Source: Amphibalanus amphitrite
Taxonomy: Eukaryota
Assembly: GCF_019059575.1 (NCBI RefSeq)
Contig: NW_024881521.1
Location: 665,297 to 729,296 of the forward strand
Length of the DNA stretch: 64,000 bases
Direction of reading: 5' to 3'
In this document: positions 12,000-22,438 of the stretch, one piece after another
Position numbering within the stretch: the first letter of the stretch is position 1
Layout: every line of letters starts with the position of its first letter
Program-made: the position numbers and the translations under genes
The notes under the pieces: model-generated
What the model was told of the DNA's origin: nothing
Databases searched by the model: none
The model's input: the letters and a program-made list of their open reading frames with translations, nothing else

Positions 12000-12900
12000 C
12001 ACTGGCACACCTGTCACCACCCTCCCTTCCTTCCCTGCCCTGCCCTCCGCCCGTCCCCCTCTAGCGCACACCTCCGGGCGCCGGCCGCCAGCCCGCTACG
12101 GCCGCCGATCAGCTGACCGGCCTTCCCCTCCCACCCCTCCCCGCCGCCGCCGCCGCCAGACCCATGACGTCACCCGCCAGTTCCCACTGAGCGGCGTACC
12201 CCCCCCCCCCCTCCGGCCGGCCGACGGCTCCGGTCACGGAGAGGGGGGGCACCTTTGTCCCTCTACGCCCGCCCGCCATCCGACCGCGCGCGGCGCGCCG
12301 CACACGATCGTACCGGCGGCGGCTCCCACGACCGCCGGCGGGCGTGCCACGCTCCGCCCCCGCCGCCGAGGCCCCGCCCCCGCCGCGTGGCAGCTCTCCC
12401 ATGACCGGGTCGGTACGATCGATAATGGCCCTGCACCCGGCGACCCGGTCCGAGCGAGCGGCACCCTCCGCTGACCCAGCCCGTCCGCCGTCCGTCACTC
12501 GCCGCCACCACCGATCACACCCGGCGGCACCGCCCCGGCCGGTCACGTGACCTGCACACGGCGACACCCGCCAGCGGGCCGGCGGCCGAGCGCGCCAGGT
12601 TTTACCGCCACCCGGTCACTTCTCTCCCGCCGAGCGACGTCCGGTGGCGGCCCGCCGGCTCTGAGCTCGGTCCCACTCGGTTCAACAGCACCACACCGTT
12701 CCTGGGAGCTGCACACCGCGCGGCCACAGAGAAAGTCGGCTTGATCGTCTGTCTGACCATCCCAGACCGGTGACGGTGACGGTCAGACGGCAGTACCGGT
12801 CGGCCCCCAGGCGGGAACAGAGGGACAGGCGACGGTGTCCGGCGGGCCACCGCGGCTGCGGGATCGATCACAGATGGGAGCTGGGTCTGATTGGAAATAC
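12000..12900. promoter_or_regulatory. CpG-island-like GC-rich block (~70% GC) with a palindromic CRE (TGACGTCA, ~12165) and a palindromic E-box (GGTCACGTGACC, ~12541). Candidate promoter/5' region of the upstream minus-strand gene
   Basis: CpG density is very high and ORFs overlap in all frames on both strands, which is typical of non-coding GC-rich DNA. It lies 0.9 kb upstream (in minus sense) of exon 10985..11098. Confidence 0.3.
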
Positions 12901-13530
12901 TGACAGCCAGAAAAGCACCGAGTGGGTGGGTTCAGGACAGGTCAGGTCAACTCAGTAATGTTAATTAAGTGTTTGTCCTAGACGACCAAACATAAAGGCT
13001 CATAGTATGGCTAAAATTAAACAAGTCCTGAATTCATTAATTATATATGAAAAGCATGAACAATGAATTTCTTCTAGTAGGGTAAGCATTAAAAATGAGG
13101 CATTGTGATTGACATAAGGTTCAGTGCTTTCCAAATTGCAGAGATTCTATAGGTAGTATTTAAGCAGCCAGTGGCAGCACCAGGTGAAGCCTCACAATAT
13201 GAGGTGCATGGTTTAATAAAATATAGATACTGCTGCAATAGAAAGGCAGGTTAGCATTGCAATTTAAATTGTCAACATGACAAAACAGAGCCCATCCATT
13301 ACAACCCAATTTGGCCCACATTCCACAGTATGCCCACTGCTCTCCCACTCCACAACCAAGTGAAAAACATGGCTGCTCTGGCTGCCATGGAGCAGGGACA
13401 CAGGATCACCATAGATATACCAGAAACCATGTAGCAATAGAGGAAAAATAAACCCAACACCAAGCAACATTGCACTGTGGCACCATAGCACACATCATTG
13501 GACGCAGAAAACTTTTCGCGCCACACTGAC

Positions 13531-13698
13531 CTTTTCTTTGGATACTAGATCCAAGTAGCTAAACTCCGAGTAAGTTTCCTTGGTGGTTTCCTGAAGGGTA
13601 AGCTCAAACCGTAAACTTCTGGCAGGTTTCTTGCTCTTCTGTTCACTACCAGCTGACTTTGGAGCACTGAGAAGTACCGCAGTTTTTGGCTCTGCCAT
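13531..13698 (-). CDS. Candidate first coding exon (MAEPKTAVLLSAPKSAGSEQKSKKPARSLRFELTLQETTKETYSEFSYLDLVSKEK|)
   Basis: A true ATG at 13698-13696 has context AGAACATGG. The donor is AAG|GTCAGT. A palindromic NRF1-like GCGCATGCGC lies ~160 bp upstream. The downstream exons were not resolved. Confidence 0.3.
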
Positions 13699-13860
13699 GT
13701 TCTTTCATCACTGCCGGACACATCTATCCTTCGACTTACGGCAGCAACGAAGTTTTTCGGCGTAGAGGCTCTAAATCTCACACAATCGTCCACAACACCA
13801 GCACTCTCCCCATACACGACTCACATTCTCGCCATGTTTACAAATCACCTGGTACCCCTA

Positions 13861-13872
13861 TGCGCATGCGCG
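13861..13872. promoter_or_regulatory. Palindromic GCGCATGCGC (NRF1-type) motif
   Basis: The exact motif sits ~160 bp upstream (in minus sense) of the candidate ATG exon. Confidence 0.3.
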
Positions 13873-15117
13873 ACGGTTACCATGGTTTCACTACGGTTAA
13901 TATAAGTTTACAATAAAAGAGTAAAATTGAAGGCCTATTTTTTCCATAAGCAGTCGATTAAAAGAAAAGCTTACGTGATAATTGATGCTAAATATTGCTA
14001 ACGATCAATGTTCCTTTGCAAAACATCGAATGTCCCAAAAGTTTCATCAAGTAACAAAAAGATGGATAGTGCTGGTTTGGATATTAAATGGAGTCTAAAA
14101 GAGGAAAACAATTGTCAATACCTACTGGAAATTTAAAACCAATTTTGACCAACAACTAAATTTTTCCGAATAAAAATGCATAATATTAGGAAAATAGCAC
14201 ATTTGTAGAACAAAATGCAGTTCGACTCTAAATTTAGCACTACCAAACATACAGCTCTTAACCTTCCTTTTCCGGTCGTGAGAGGTGAGTGGATGTGGTT
14301 AGGGTCTTCGTCCTATTGCTGATTTCTCAAATCGCTTGGAAATGTGCTTGTTCGTCAGTGGGCGGCTCTGATTGGCCATGTACGTGTGTTCCACTTAATT
14401 CCTGTAGTAGTTTCATTTAGAATTGCCCATGCTAAAAGAGCAGCGCGTCGTGTTTGTCTGTAAGTGCACGTTTTGATGTAGTTTCCATGTAACGATAAAG
14501 AAACTAGCGCTAGGGAGCCCTGCGCATGTGGAAGTGCAAGGAGGTACCTACTTTCGACTGACTTGTGTATGGCATTCCACTGACTGGTCGGGATCAGTGT
14601 GTTATTTTGGAGCTGAAATATCGCACTGGGGCCCTCTTACAGCCTTTGCCGGCGCTGCGCGCGCTGCTATCACATGTCAAATTTGTCTTCCATGGAGACA
14701 TCAACAAAGTTGTTTATCCAACACTACCACACTGACCCCATACATTTACAAAATGTGATAGCAGTGTGGTACCAGTGTCCAGTGAAACACTGCCCTGTTG
14801 TTGAGACGTGGAAGTGGCATGCTACATTAGTTGAGTTTATGAATTAAGGGATAGGGCTATGTATGGATGAATGTGTTAATGCATGCATCAACATCACAAG
14901 CCTTCCACTTACAGCTTGGTGATACCTACTGGCTCATGCTGCTTCTTGGCTGCTTGAGTCATGAGTGCTTGCCATAAATAATGCTCTGTCATAATAAATA
15001 AATAATCAAACCTCTGCCTGCCATAATACCATACCTCTGCCATAAATAATAAGGTATATGTCAAGTTTAGGTCCTAACTACAGTTGTGACGCTGTTGATA
15101 CAAATATGTAACAGCAA

Positions 15118-15215
15118 ACATTTTAGGTTTTAGGTTAGGTTGTAGGTAGGTAGGTTTTAGGTTGGTAGGTACTTATAGGTAAGTAGGTAAGGTTAGGTCA
15201 GGTTTGAATGATTTT
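15118..15215. repeat. Degenerate (TTAGG/TAGGT)n-like minisatellite
   Basis: The sequence reads ttttaggttttaggttaggttgtaggtaggtaggttttaggttggtaggtacttataggtaagtaggtaaggttaggtcaggtt. Short CCTAACCTAACC tracts also occur at ~26060. Confidence 0.6.
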
Positions 15216-16469
15216 CTTTTATTTGCGAGACATACAAGTATCATTTTTGGATTCAGGATGTCAAATAATTTAGAAAATATGAAAAATATATCAATGAAAT
15301 CTGCTTAGGACTTTATCTTGACATTTACCAAGTAATAATAGATAAAAGTGTATTTGGGCTGGGTCTGGCAGGTCATACTGATAATTTCACATTGAACAAT
15401 GGACTAATGATAATTTCCCAAAACAACAGACTGGCTGGCTAGCTGTGCTTGCTTTGCCTATATCCTGGATAATATACTACCAAAACTTATTATTCCATGT
15501 AATTTTGCATTGAAAAAGGCTCCTCAATGGGGGTCAAAATATTTGCCATCATTTAAATAAAAAATACATTTACTCTTGAGACTCTGAAAAGTATACCATT
15601 AACTTATCAACCTGAGTAAAAGATAAAATGACTTTAAAGTCCCACTTAATATACTACCAGTTATCAGAATATGCTAAGTTTCTATATAGGTTGATGCCTA
15701 TATTTTTGGGATGAACTATTGACTTAACAGTAGCCTCTGTGTTAGTGTCTAGTAACCTACTTTTCTGATGATCTGCGTAATTTTGATTGTTCTAGTTTGA
15801 TGTACACCTAAGGCTGAAGATACAGTGACTGGCTGTTGCTCCACCAGTGCTGCCGTGCAAAGGAAAAAAAGGGTGAGGTGATTTTAATACATTTTTTTAT
15901 ATTTATATCAAATGAAAGCTCTTTTCGAGGCGAATTCAATGGTGTAGTTCATAAGCATTATTGAATAAAAATTCATGCCGAAAATCTAAATTTGAAAGTT
16001 GGCATTAAGCCGTGAGTTGGAATGCCACACAAAATTGGGTTTTGGTCGTGTGGAAAAAAGCCGTGAAATCTCACCCTTTTTTTCCATGATCTTGAGTGCT
16101 GGCGATGCAATGGAAAAAAAGGGTGAGATAAAGCGTGCTCCGGGACTGAGAGTGCCTGTGGTGAAGAGTATTTGGCGAGTTTTAATTGACTGACAGTTTT
16201 TAAGGGCATATTTGGATATTCAGACAATGAAATAGCACTACAGTTTGTGAGCACGATTGCACAAGCATTTTTCATAATGTTAGGTCGCAAAAGCTTACTG
16301 ACAATTAGCCCGCCAATTTAAAAACCCACCAAATCCTCCTTACACATCGCCGTACTACGCGTAGTAAACAGCACGCGCGGGCGGCTGGCAGACGTCTGGC
16401 GCGCTAATCAAACGTAAAGCGAAGCAATTCTCCCCGAGTTGGTGCCTTTATCCCTGCCTTTTTACAAAT

Positions 16470-19400
16470 ATGGGTAAAAAACGCAAATCAATCTCATCCG
16501 CTGAGTGTGATAAAAAACGCAAGAAGATTTCGGAAGCGCCGACTGGCTCCGATTTCATCCGAAGGAGAGGAGTCGTACACGTTCGAGTGATTTGGGAAGA
16601 TAAGACCGCTGGTGAGTCACATTACTCGCCATTGAATGCACTGAAGTGTGAGGAAGAAATCGCTGTTGGGTCGCGGGTGCGAATGAGGCACGGAGGCCGG
16701 GAGTGGTTTGGAGCGGTGGCCAAGAGCTCCAAGACTCGCCAGAGCCTTGTGGAAGGTAAGGGACATTGACCCGATATGAAAGGCATGCCAACTCCTCAAA
16801 TTTTAGCTGATATGGGTTACAGGAGTAGCCAATTCAATTGTGTAGAGCACCATGGAATGTATAAAAATAATGCAGAGCTGCAGCGCCTTTGAGAAGGTTA
16901 CGTGTGAAAAAATGATATGTCGCTTATGCTATGCTAATGACAAAATGGCAATGCGTAGTGGTTCAGGAGACTGACAAAAAAAAAAATGTGTTCGGTGCAG
17001 AAATTCCGGATGATGATATGCCGCTGGCGATTGTACGTGAACGGCAAAGGTCATCTAATCCCGTGTCTGACAACCTCACCGATCTTGCCGGAAGCAGTTC
17101 GAGTTCCTGTCCCGTCCTTGATTCAGCAGCCCTGAGTCAGGTGAGAGAGCTAATTGTTCGTGACATTATCAACCTGTAACTTGTAAGCTGCATGAAGGCT
17201 CGCAGCAAAAGCGGTTAAAGATACTGATGTAAAATGGCATTGGAGATTTATCCATTAAAGCTTAATAAAGCGATAAATCGCATCAAATTTTGATTCTTAT
17301 GCTGTTCATTACATCAACACAATCTACGAGTAATATTCCATTAAGTGTTTGGGCATATTTTTGGCAACTCAAGACACTACGGTAGAAAAATAATAGCAAA
17401 TTAAGACCCGCTCCTTCAGTTGGTTATGGGAGTGTCGGATTTTTCGTTTCCTTCATAATGCTTGCAGATATTTCGTACAATCAATGATTTGACTTGTCAT
17501 GGATATCGATTAAAAAATACTTTTTTTGTACAGGTGCTCTCCCCGGCGGGCAGCTGCGACCCGGCCGCGGAGCAGGGCGTGACCCCGTCCGGTGGCCAGG
17601 GGACCTCTGCCGCCGAGCAGGGGACCTCTGCTGGAGAGCGGGCCGTGGAGCAGGGCGTGACCCCGTCCGGTGGCCAGGGGACCTCTGCCGCGGAGCAGGG
17701 GACCTCTGCTGGAGAGCGGGCCGCGGAGCAGGGCGTGACCCCGTCCAGTGGCCAGGGGACCTCTGCCGCGGAGCACGGGACCTCTGCTGGAGAGCGGGCC
17801 GTGGAGCAGGGCGTGACCCCGTCCGGTGGCCAGGGGACCTCTGCCGCGGAGCAGGGGACCTCTGCTGGAGAGCGGGCCGCGGAGCAGGGCGTGACCCCGT
17901 CCGGTGGCCAGGGGACCTCTGCTGGAGAGCGGGCCGCGGAGCAGGGCGTGACCCCGTCCGGTGGCCAGGGGACCTCTGCCGCGGAGCACGGGACCTTTGC
18001 TGGGGAGCGGGCCGCGGAGCAGGGCGTGACCCCGTCCGGTGGCCAGGGGACCTCTGCCGCCGAGCAGGGGACCTCTGCTGGAGAGCGGGCCGCAGAGCAG
18101 GGCGTGACCCCGTCCGGTGGCCAGGGGACCTCTGCCGCGGAGCACGGGACCTTTGCTGGAGAGCGGGCCGCGGAGCAGGGCGTGACCCCGTCCGGTGGCC
18201 AGGGGACCTCTGCCGCGGAGCAGGGGACCTCTGCTGGAGAGCGGGCCGCGGAGCAGGGCGTGACCCCGTCCGGTGGCCAGGGGACCTCTGCCGCGGAGCA
18301 GGGGACCTTTGCTGGAGAGCGGGCCGCGGAGCAGGGCGTGACCCCGTCCGGTGGCCAGGGGACCTCTGCCGCGGAGCAGTGGACCCCGACCGCGGAGCAG
18401 GGGACTTTTGCAGTGGAGCAGGGCGAGACTCCAGCCGCGGAGCAGGGTACCTCAGCCGCGGAGCAGGGCGGGACCCCAGCCGCAGAGCAGGGGACCTTCG
18501 TCGGGGAGCAAGACCCCTGGGCTGTGTCGACAGAGGTCGCGACTCATGACGTGATTGGTCTGACTGACATAAATAACCTAGTTGATCCGGGACCTTTTGA
18601 TTTCCTGCGACTCCTGGATACGTCCGGCAGTGACATGTCGTCATTCAACGATGTACCCCTCGCTGACCTATCGATTGCTTCCTCTGGTCCCTCTGGTACC
18701 GGCGCAGCAGGTGATAGTGACATGGCCCCTATGGCCCCGCCCCACCCACGTAGCGCCGCTCATGCGTCTAGCTGGGGAGGCTTTCCGACAGCACACACCG
18801 CAAATGTCGATCCAGACGACCCGAACCCACGGTCCATGGACTGCGGTGGAGATGGACTTGACGCTGCCTCGATTAGCACCCACGGGGCTTCTTCCTCAGT
18901 AGATGGGGCATCCGATGCTCCTCGTCCGACAACGGTGGGCAGTCACACGGGCGCAAAAAAACGAGCTCGTACTCAGGAACACCAAATTCTGGGCTTTAAA
19001 CAGAAGCATGCAGTCCGTCCCATGCCTCCTGCCTGCAGCAATCGCACGTGCTCATTCGGTTGTGCCACTCACTTCAGTGAAGAACAACGCCAGGCCATCA
19101 ACGAGGCCGTCAATTCACTTTCAAGGGAGGCTAGGATGCAGTGGTACGCCACTCACGTGCGAGACATTACTCCCATTGTCACTGACAGCCCACCACTCAC
19201 CAACACCGCATCTGCCAAGCGGCGCATCATCGCCTACCGTCTCCCTGTAGCTGGAGAACAGGTCGATCGAAGGGTGTGCAAGGAGTTCTGTCTCACAACC
19301 CTCGGCTTCGCAGCGAACAATGACGGTCCGATCATATCTGCCGTGGGACGACTCATCCCAAAGCAGGACAGGCGGGGGCGCGCGGCAAACCCGGTGGCAG

Positions 19401-20623
19401 CCAGACTCGAGGACGAGCTGCAGCGGCACATTGAGCGGTACCGTCCGATGGCACCGCACTACCGCTACCTGCACGCCCCCAGACGCCGATATCTCGCACC
19501 GGACCTCAACGCAGCTGTGATGTACCAGCAGCTTGTGGAGGAAAAGGGCAAGATCTGCTCTTACGAGCGGTTTCGCAAAGCGCTGCGAAGTGCCAACGTG
19601 TCGTTCGCTCGCTTAGGCCAAGAAGAGTGCGAGATATGTACTGCATTTGACCACCACGTGAAAACTTGCTTTGAACATGAGTCGTGCAGCACGTGCCAGG
19701 AACACGCCGCCCACCACGATCGCGCCGAACAGGCTAGGGCAGAGTACGCCCGAGACCGCGAAACCACAGCGTCAGCAGAGTCGCACCTGATTGTTTCCGT
19801 GGACATGATGAGGGTCGCTCTCCTTCCCATCCTCCCTCACAAAGTGTGCGTATTCACCCCGCGACTTGTAACTTACAACGAGACTTTCGCGCCGTTGGGA
19901 GGAAAGGGGGCTGTGTCCGTCTTGTGGCACGAGGGCGTGTCTGGCCGAGATGCACCAGACGTCGCTTCAACATTCATAAAGTTCGTGGAGCTGAACCACA
20001 ACACGAAACAGTTCACCTTCTGGGCAGATAACTGCTCTGCCCAAAACAAAAACTGGACCTTGCTCTCGGCTCTTCAAAATTGTGTCAACAGGAGCGATCT
20101 TGCAGTCAAAACCATCACAGTCAAGTTTTTAGAGAAGGGACATACTAGTATGTCTGCTGATGCGGTGCACCAGGTGGTGAGCAAAAAACTTTCAAAATCT
20201 AGTGTGCGTGTGCAAGACTTTCGGGACTACGTTGTGGCATGTGAGATGGCGGGCTCAGTGCATGTGATGGCGCCGGGAGATTTTTTCGATGTCAGCAGTG
20301 GGGTGAGCGCTACGAAGCTGAAGCGTCTCGCTGATGAGGAGAAGCGACCGCTCCTGCGGGAAATAAAGGTCGTTCAGGTGCGGCGGGACGACGACCGACT
20401 GTACGTGAAGGTTGTCCATGGGCACCCAAAGTGGTCGGCTTACGACCTTTTCAAAACAACTTTTATTCCATGTGAGCAGCCAGAGAGGCGAACGACTCCC
20501 AGGGGGGTTAACAAGGAAAAGTTGGCCAAAATCATCAACAACCTAACACCTCTTATGGATGGTCATAAGACCGCCTTCTGGCTATCCCTCAACGGGACAA
20601 ACGTCCGTGACCTGATGGGATAG
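16470..20623 (+). CDS. Three-exon gene. It has an N-terminal basic/NLS exon of unknown fold, a 26-aa tandem-repeat linker, and a C-terminal HTH + pogo-type DDE_1 transposase domain
   Basis: Exons are 16470..16755 (ATG; donor GAAG|GTAAGG), 16959..17140 (acceptor GCGTAG|; donor CAG|GTGAGA) and 17534..20623 (acceptor TTTTTTTTGTACAG|G; stop TAG). The phases are consistent. The ORF-track 'M' at 17462 is TTG inside the intron. DDE motifs were read directly: SVDMM (pogo NmDEtg), FTFWADNCSAQNKN (pogo lLDNcssH) and FLEKGHTSMSADAVHQ (pogo fLPpNtTsklQPlDqg). Confidence 0.5.
17566..18510 (+). repeat. 78-bp coding minisatellite, ~11 units encoding AAEQGVTPSGGQGTSAAEQGTSAGER, degenerating at the 3' end
   Basis: A direct read shows a near-perfect 78-bp periodicity. 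Units differ by single synonymous or conservative changes (S/F, Q/H) and a few 57-bp short units. Confidence 0.9.
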
Positions 20624-20639
20624 GCTGCTGCCTAGCCGT

Positions 20640-20960
20640 CAATAACACGAAAGATGGCTGAGCTGACCAGTGAAATGTTTGAAGTGGTGTTCAGTTTGTA
20701 GTCGTATCGACTGTTTTGATGTTTTATAGCCGTCAATACTACGGAAAATGGCTGAAATGTTTGAATGTTTGTATTCGTGTCGACTGTTTGTATCGACTGT
20801 TTTCATGTTTGTAGCCGTCAATACTACGGAAAATGGCTGAAATGTTTGAATGTTTGTAGGTATTCGTGTCGACTGTTTGTATCGACTGTTTTGATGTTTT
20901 ATAGCCGTCAATACTACGGAAAATGGCTGAAATGTTTGAATGTTTGTATTCGTGTCGACT
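20640..20960. repeat. Tandem repeat (~115-bp unit x ~2.7) immediately 3' of the transposase stop
   Basis: The unit is GCCGTCAATACTACGGAAAATGGCTGAAATGTTTGAATGTTTGTATTCGTGTCGACTGTTTGTATCGACTGTTTT(G/C)ATGTTT(T/G)TA. Confidence 0.8.
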
Positions 20961-21263
20961 GTTTGATGTTTTAGCAGGATTCCGTAATACAGGAATGACG
21001 AACTATTTTGTTTAATTCTGTATAAGGTTTAATGTGGTTAATGTTTAAGACATGTAATAGGTAGGTAATTACGGACTATCAGCTATGATAAAATGGCATT
21101 TTCCCAAACCTAGGATGCAATATGCAGCCATCTAGGCATGCAGACTAATTGCGTATTATTCGTCGGACGAATATGATGTCTACCACGTCCGCGTCCTACC
21201 AGTATCAACTTAATGAGACCAACCGCCCGCCCTTAAGCTAGGTCAAACACTAGTTAAACCCAG

Positions 21264-21291
21264 ACATTCATTCATTCATTCATTCATTTAC
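21264..21291. repeat. (CATT)n microsatellite
   Basis: A direct read shows cattcattcattcattcattcatt. Confidence 0.9.
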
Positions 21292-22438
21292 GCGTCTACC
21301 CTTTTCTTCCACACCGCCAAATGTTTAATAGTTCGTGGCAAAAAGCCGTGAAATCGCTTGATCACCTGACGGCTTTTTTCCACACCGCTTGTTGGAAATT
21401 TCGCAAGCCAGTTACAAAGGAAAAAAAAAGATAGGCATTTTAAGCTTATCTAAGAAAACATTACACGATTATATTAGTATCAGAAGAAACATTGAAACAT
21501 GACGTTTTGTTTGGTACCAAAATCGTCATTCTGACGTGTGGCACTTTAAAGTTATAACTCATTTTTGGTCGCGACAACCTTTTGGTCCCTCCTGTGAAAT
21601 CAATTTTTGGCCAGACAGGATCTCACCCTTTTTTTCCTTTGCACGGCAGTGTGACATTAGCGTTCATTATGTTGGTGTAGCATAAATTTTTATTATAAAT
21701 GGTCACATTTTCTATTGGCAATTACTTAATGGGCAGGGTAGGATGATTTTTGATGTCAAACAAATATTGAACTTTGTAATGAGGTCGCGGGTTGGTTGAC
21801 CACAGGCGCAGCTGGATGGCTATGTATGATACCTACTGTCCCACTGTTGAATGGGATGACTGTGATGTCAAATTTTTATCTTTGGGTGAGATGTTGGGCT
21901 CTAATTTTTTCAGGTAAAATTTATTTTCTTAAGCTCAGACATTATCTTATCAAACCTAACCTTCCCTTATCTTAAGTCTCTACCAAACCTGCTCTTCACC
22001 TGTCTTACATATATTCATTCAAACCTTACCTATTACTTAATTTGTTGGGTGAAAAGGACTTGGGGGTCGGGTTGGATTTCATTTGGTTATGTTTCAGCTA
22101 CCTTGGCATCTCGCCAGTTTTCATTTGGCATCATAAACCATCATTCTGCCGCGATAAGGGCATTCAGCGGTGATCTCATTGAGCTTAAAATAAGGGACAT
22201 ACGTTTGTTCCTCTCCAACGTGATATATGGACATTGACTACCAGAAACAAAAATATTGAAACTTCTGATGTTGCCTGTAACTTCTATCTGTTGCATGGTG
22301 ATGACATTTAAATTAGCCATATCTAATCATTTTACTAAAACTAATTGTGCAATTCACAGAACTCTCAGGATTTGCACTTGTTTTGTAATGCATAACAACA
22401 TGTTCAATATTGTCTTGTTACAGACCAAATAGGCCAAG

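Larger units (their letters stand above)
15845..21651 (+). mobile_element. ~5.8-kb DNA transposon candidate (pogo/Tigger-like, Tc1/mariner superfamily) with 28-bp perfect TIRs, carrying a three-exon transposase-like gene
   Basis: The left TIR is CAGTG-CTGCCGTGCAAAGGAAAAAAAGGGTGAG (15845-15877). The right is CTCACCCTTTTTTTCCTTTGCACGGCAG-TG (21622-21651). Subterminal AAGCCGTGAAATC repeats occur inside both ends (16062; 21333). Tandem repeats lie at 20640-20960. The internal gene encodes a DDE_1-like domain. No clean TA target-site duplication was found. Confidence 0.55.

Noticed and set aside
12000-12900. Many overlapping 60-160-aa ORFs on both strands (e.g. 12109..12567-, 11995..12474+)
   Set aside because: The region is ~70% GC and every frame stays open. 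There is no codon-position periodicity and no splice signals. I treated it as CpG-island or promoter DNA.
17462-17533. ORF-track start (M) of the 1053-aa ORF at 17462
   Set aside because: The codon is TTG and lies in a T-rich polypyrimidine tract ending in a canonical acceptor (TTTTTTTTGTACAG|G at 17533). The real gene enters this exon by splicing from upstream exons. Several other ORF 'M' residues are TTG/GTG/ATT (e.g. 32707, 62411, 5944, 39163), so I did not use ORF-track starts as evidence of initiation.
17481-18644. Long ORFs on the opposite strand and alternate frames across the 78-bp repeat (17481..18644-, 17494..18549+, 17510..18145-, 18351..18554+)
   Set aside because: They are simply the tandem repeat read in other frames, giving Arg/Pro/Gly-rich periodic peptides. 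They have no independent start or splice signals.
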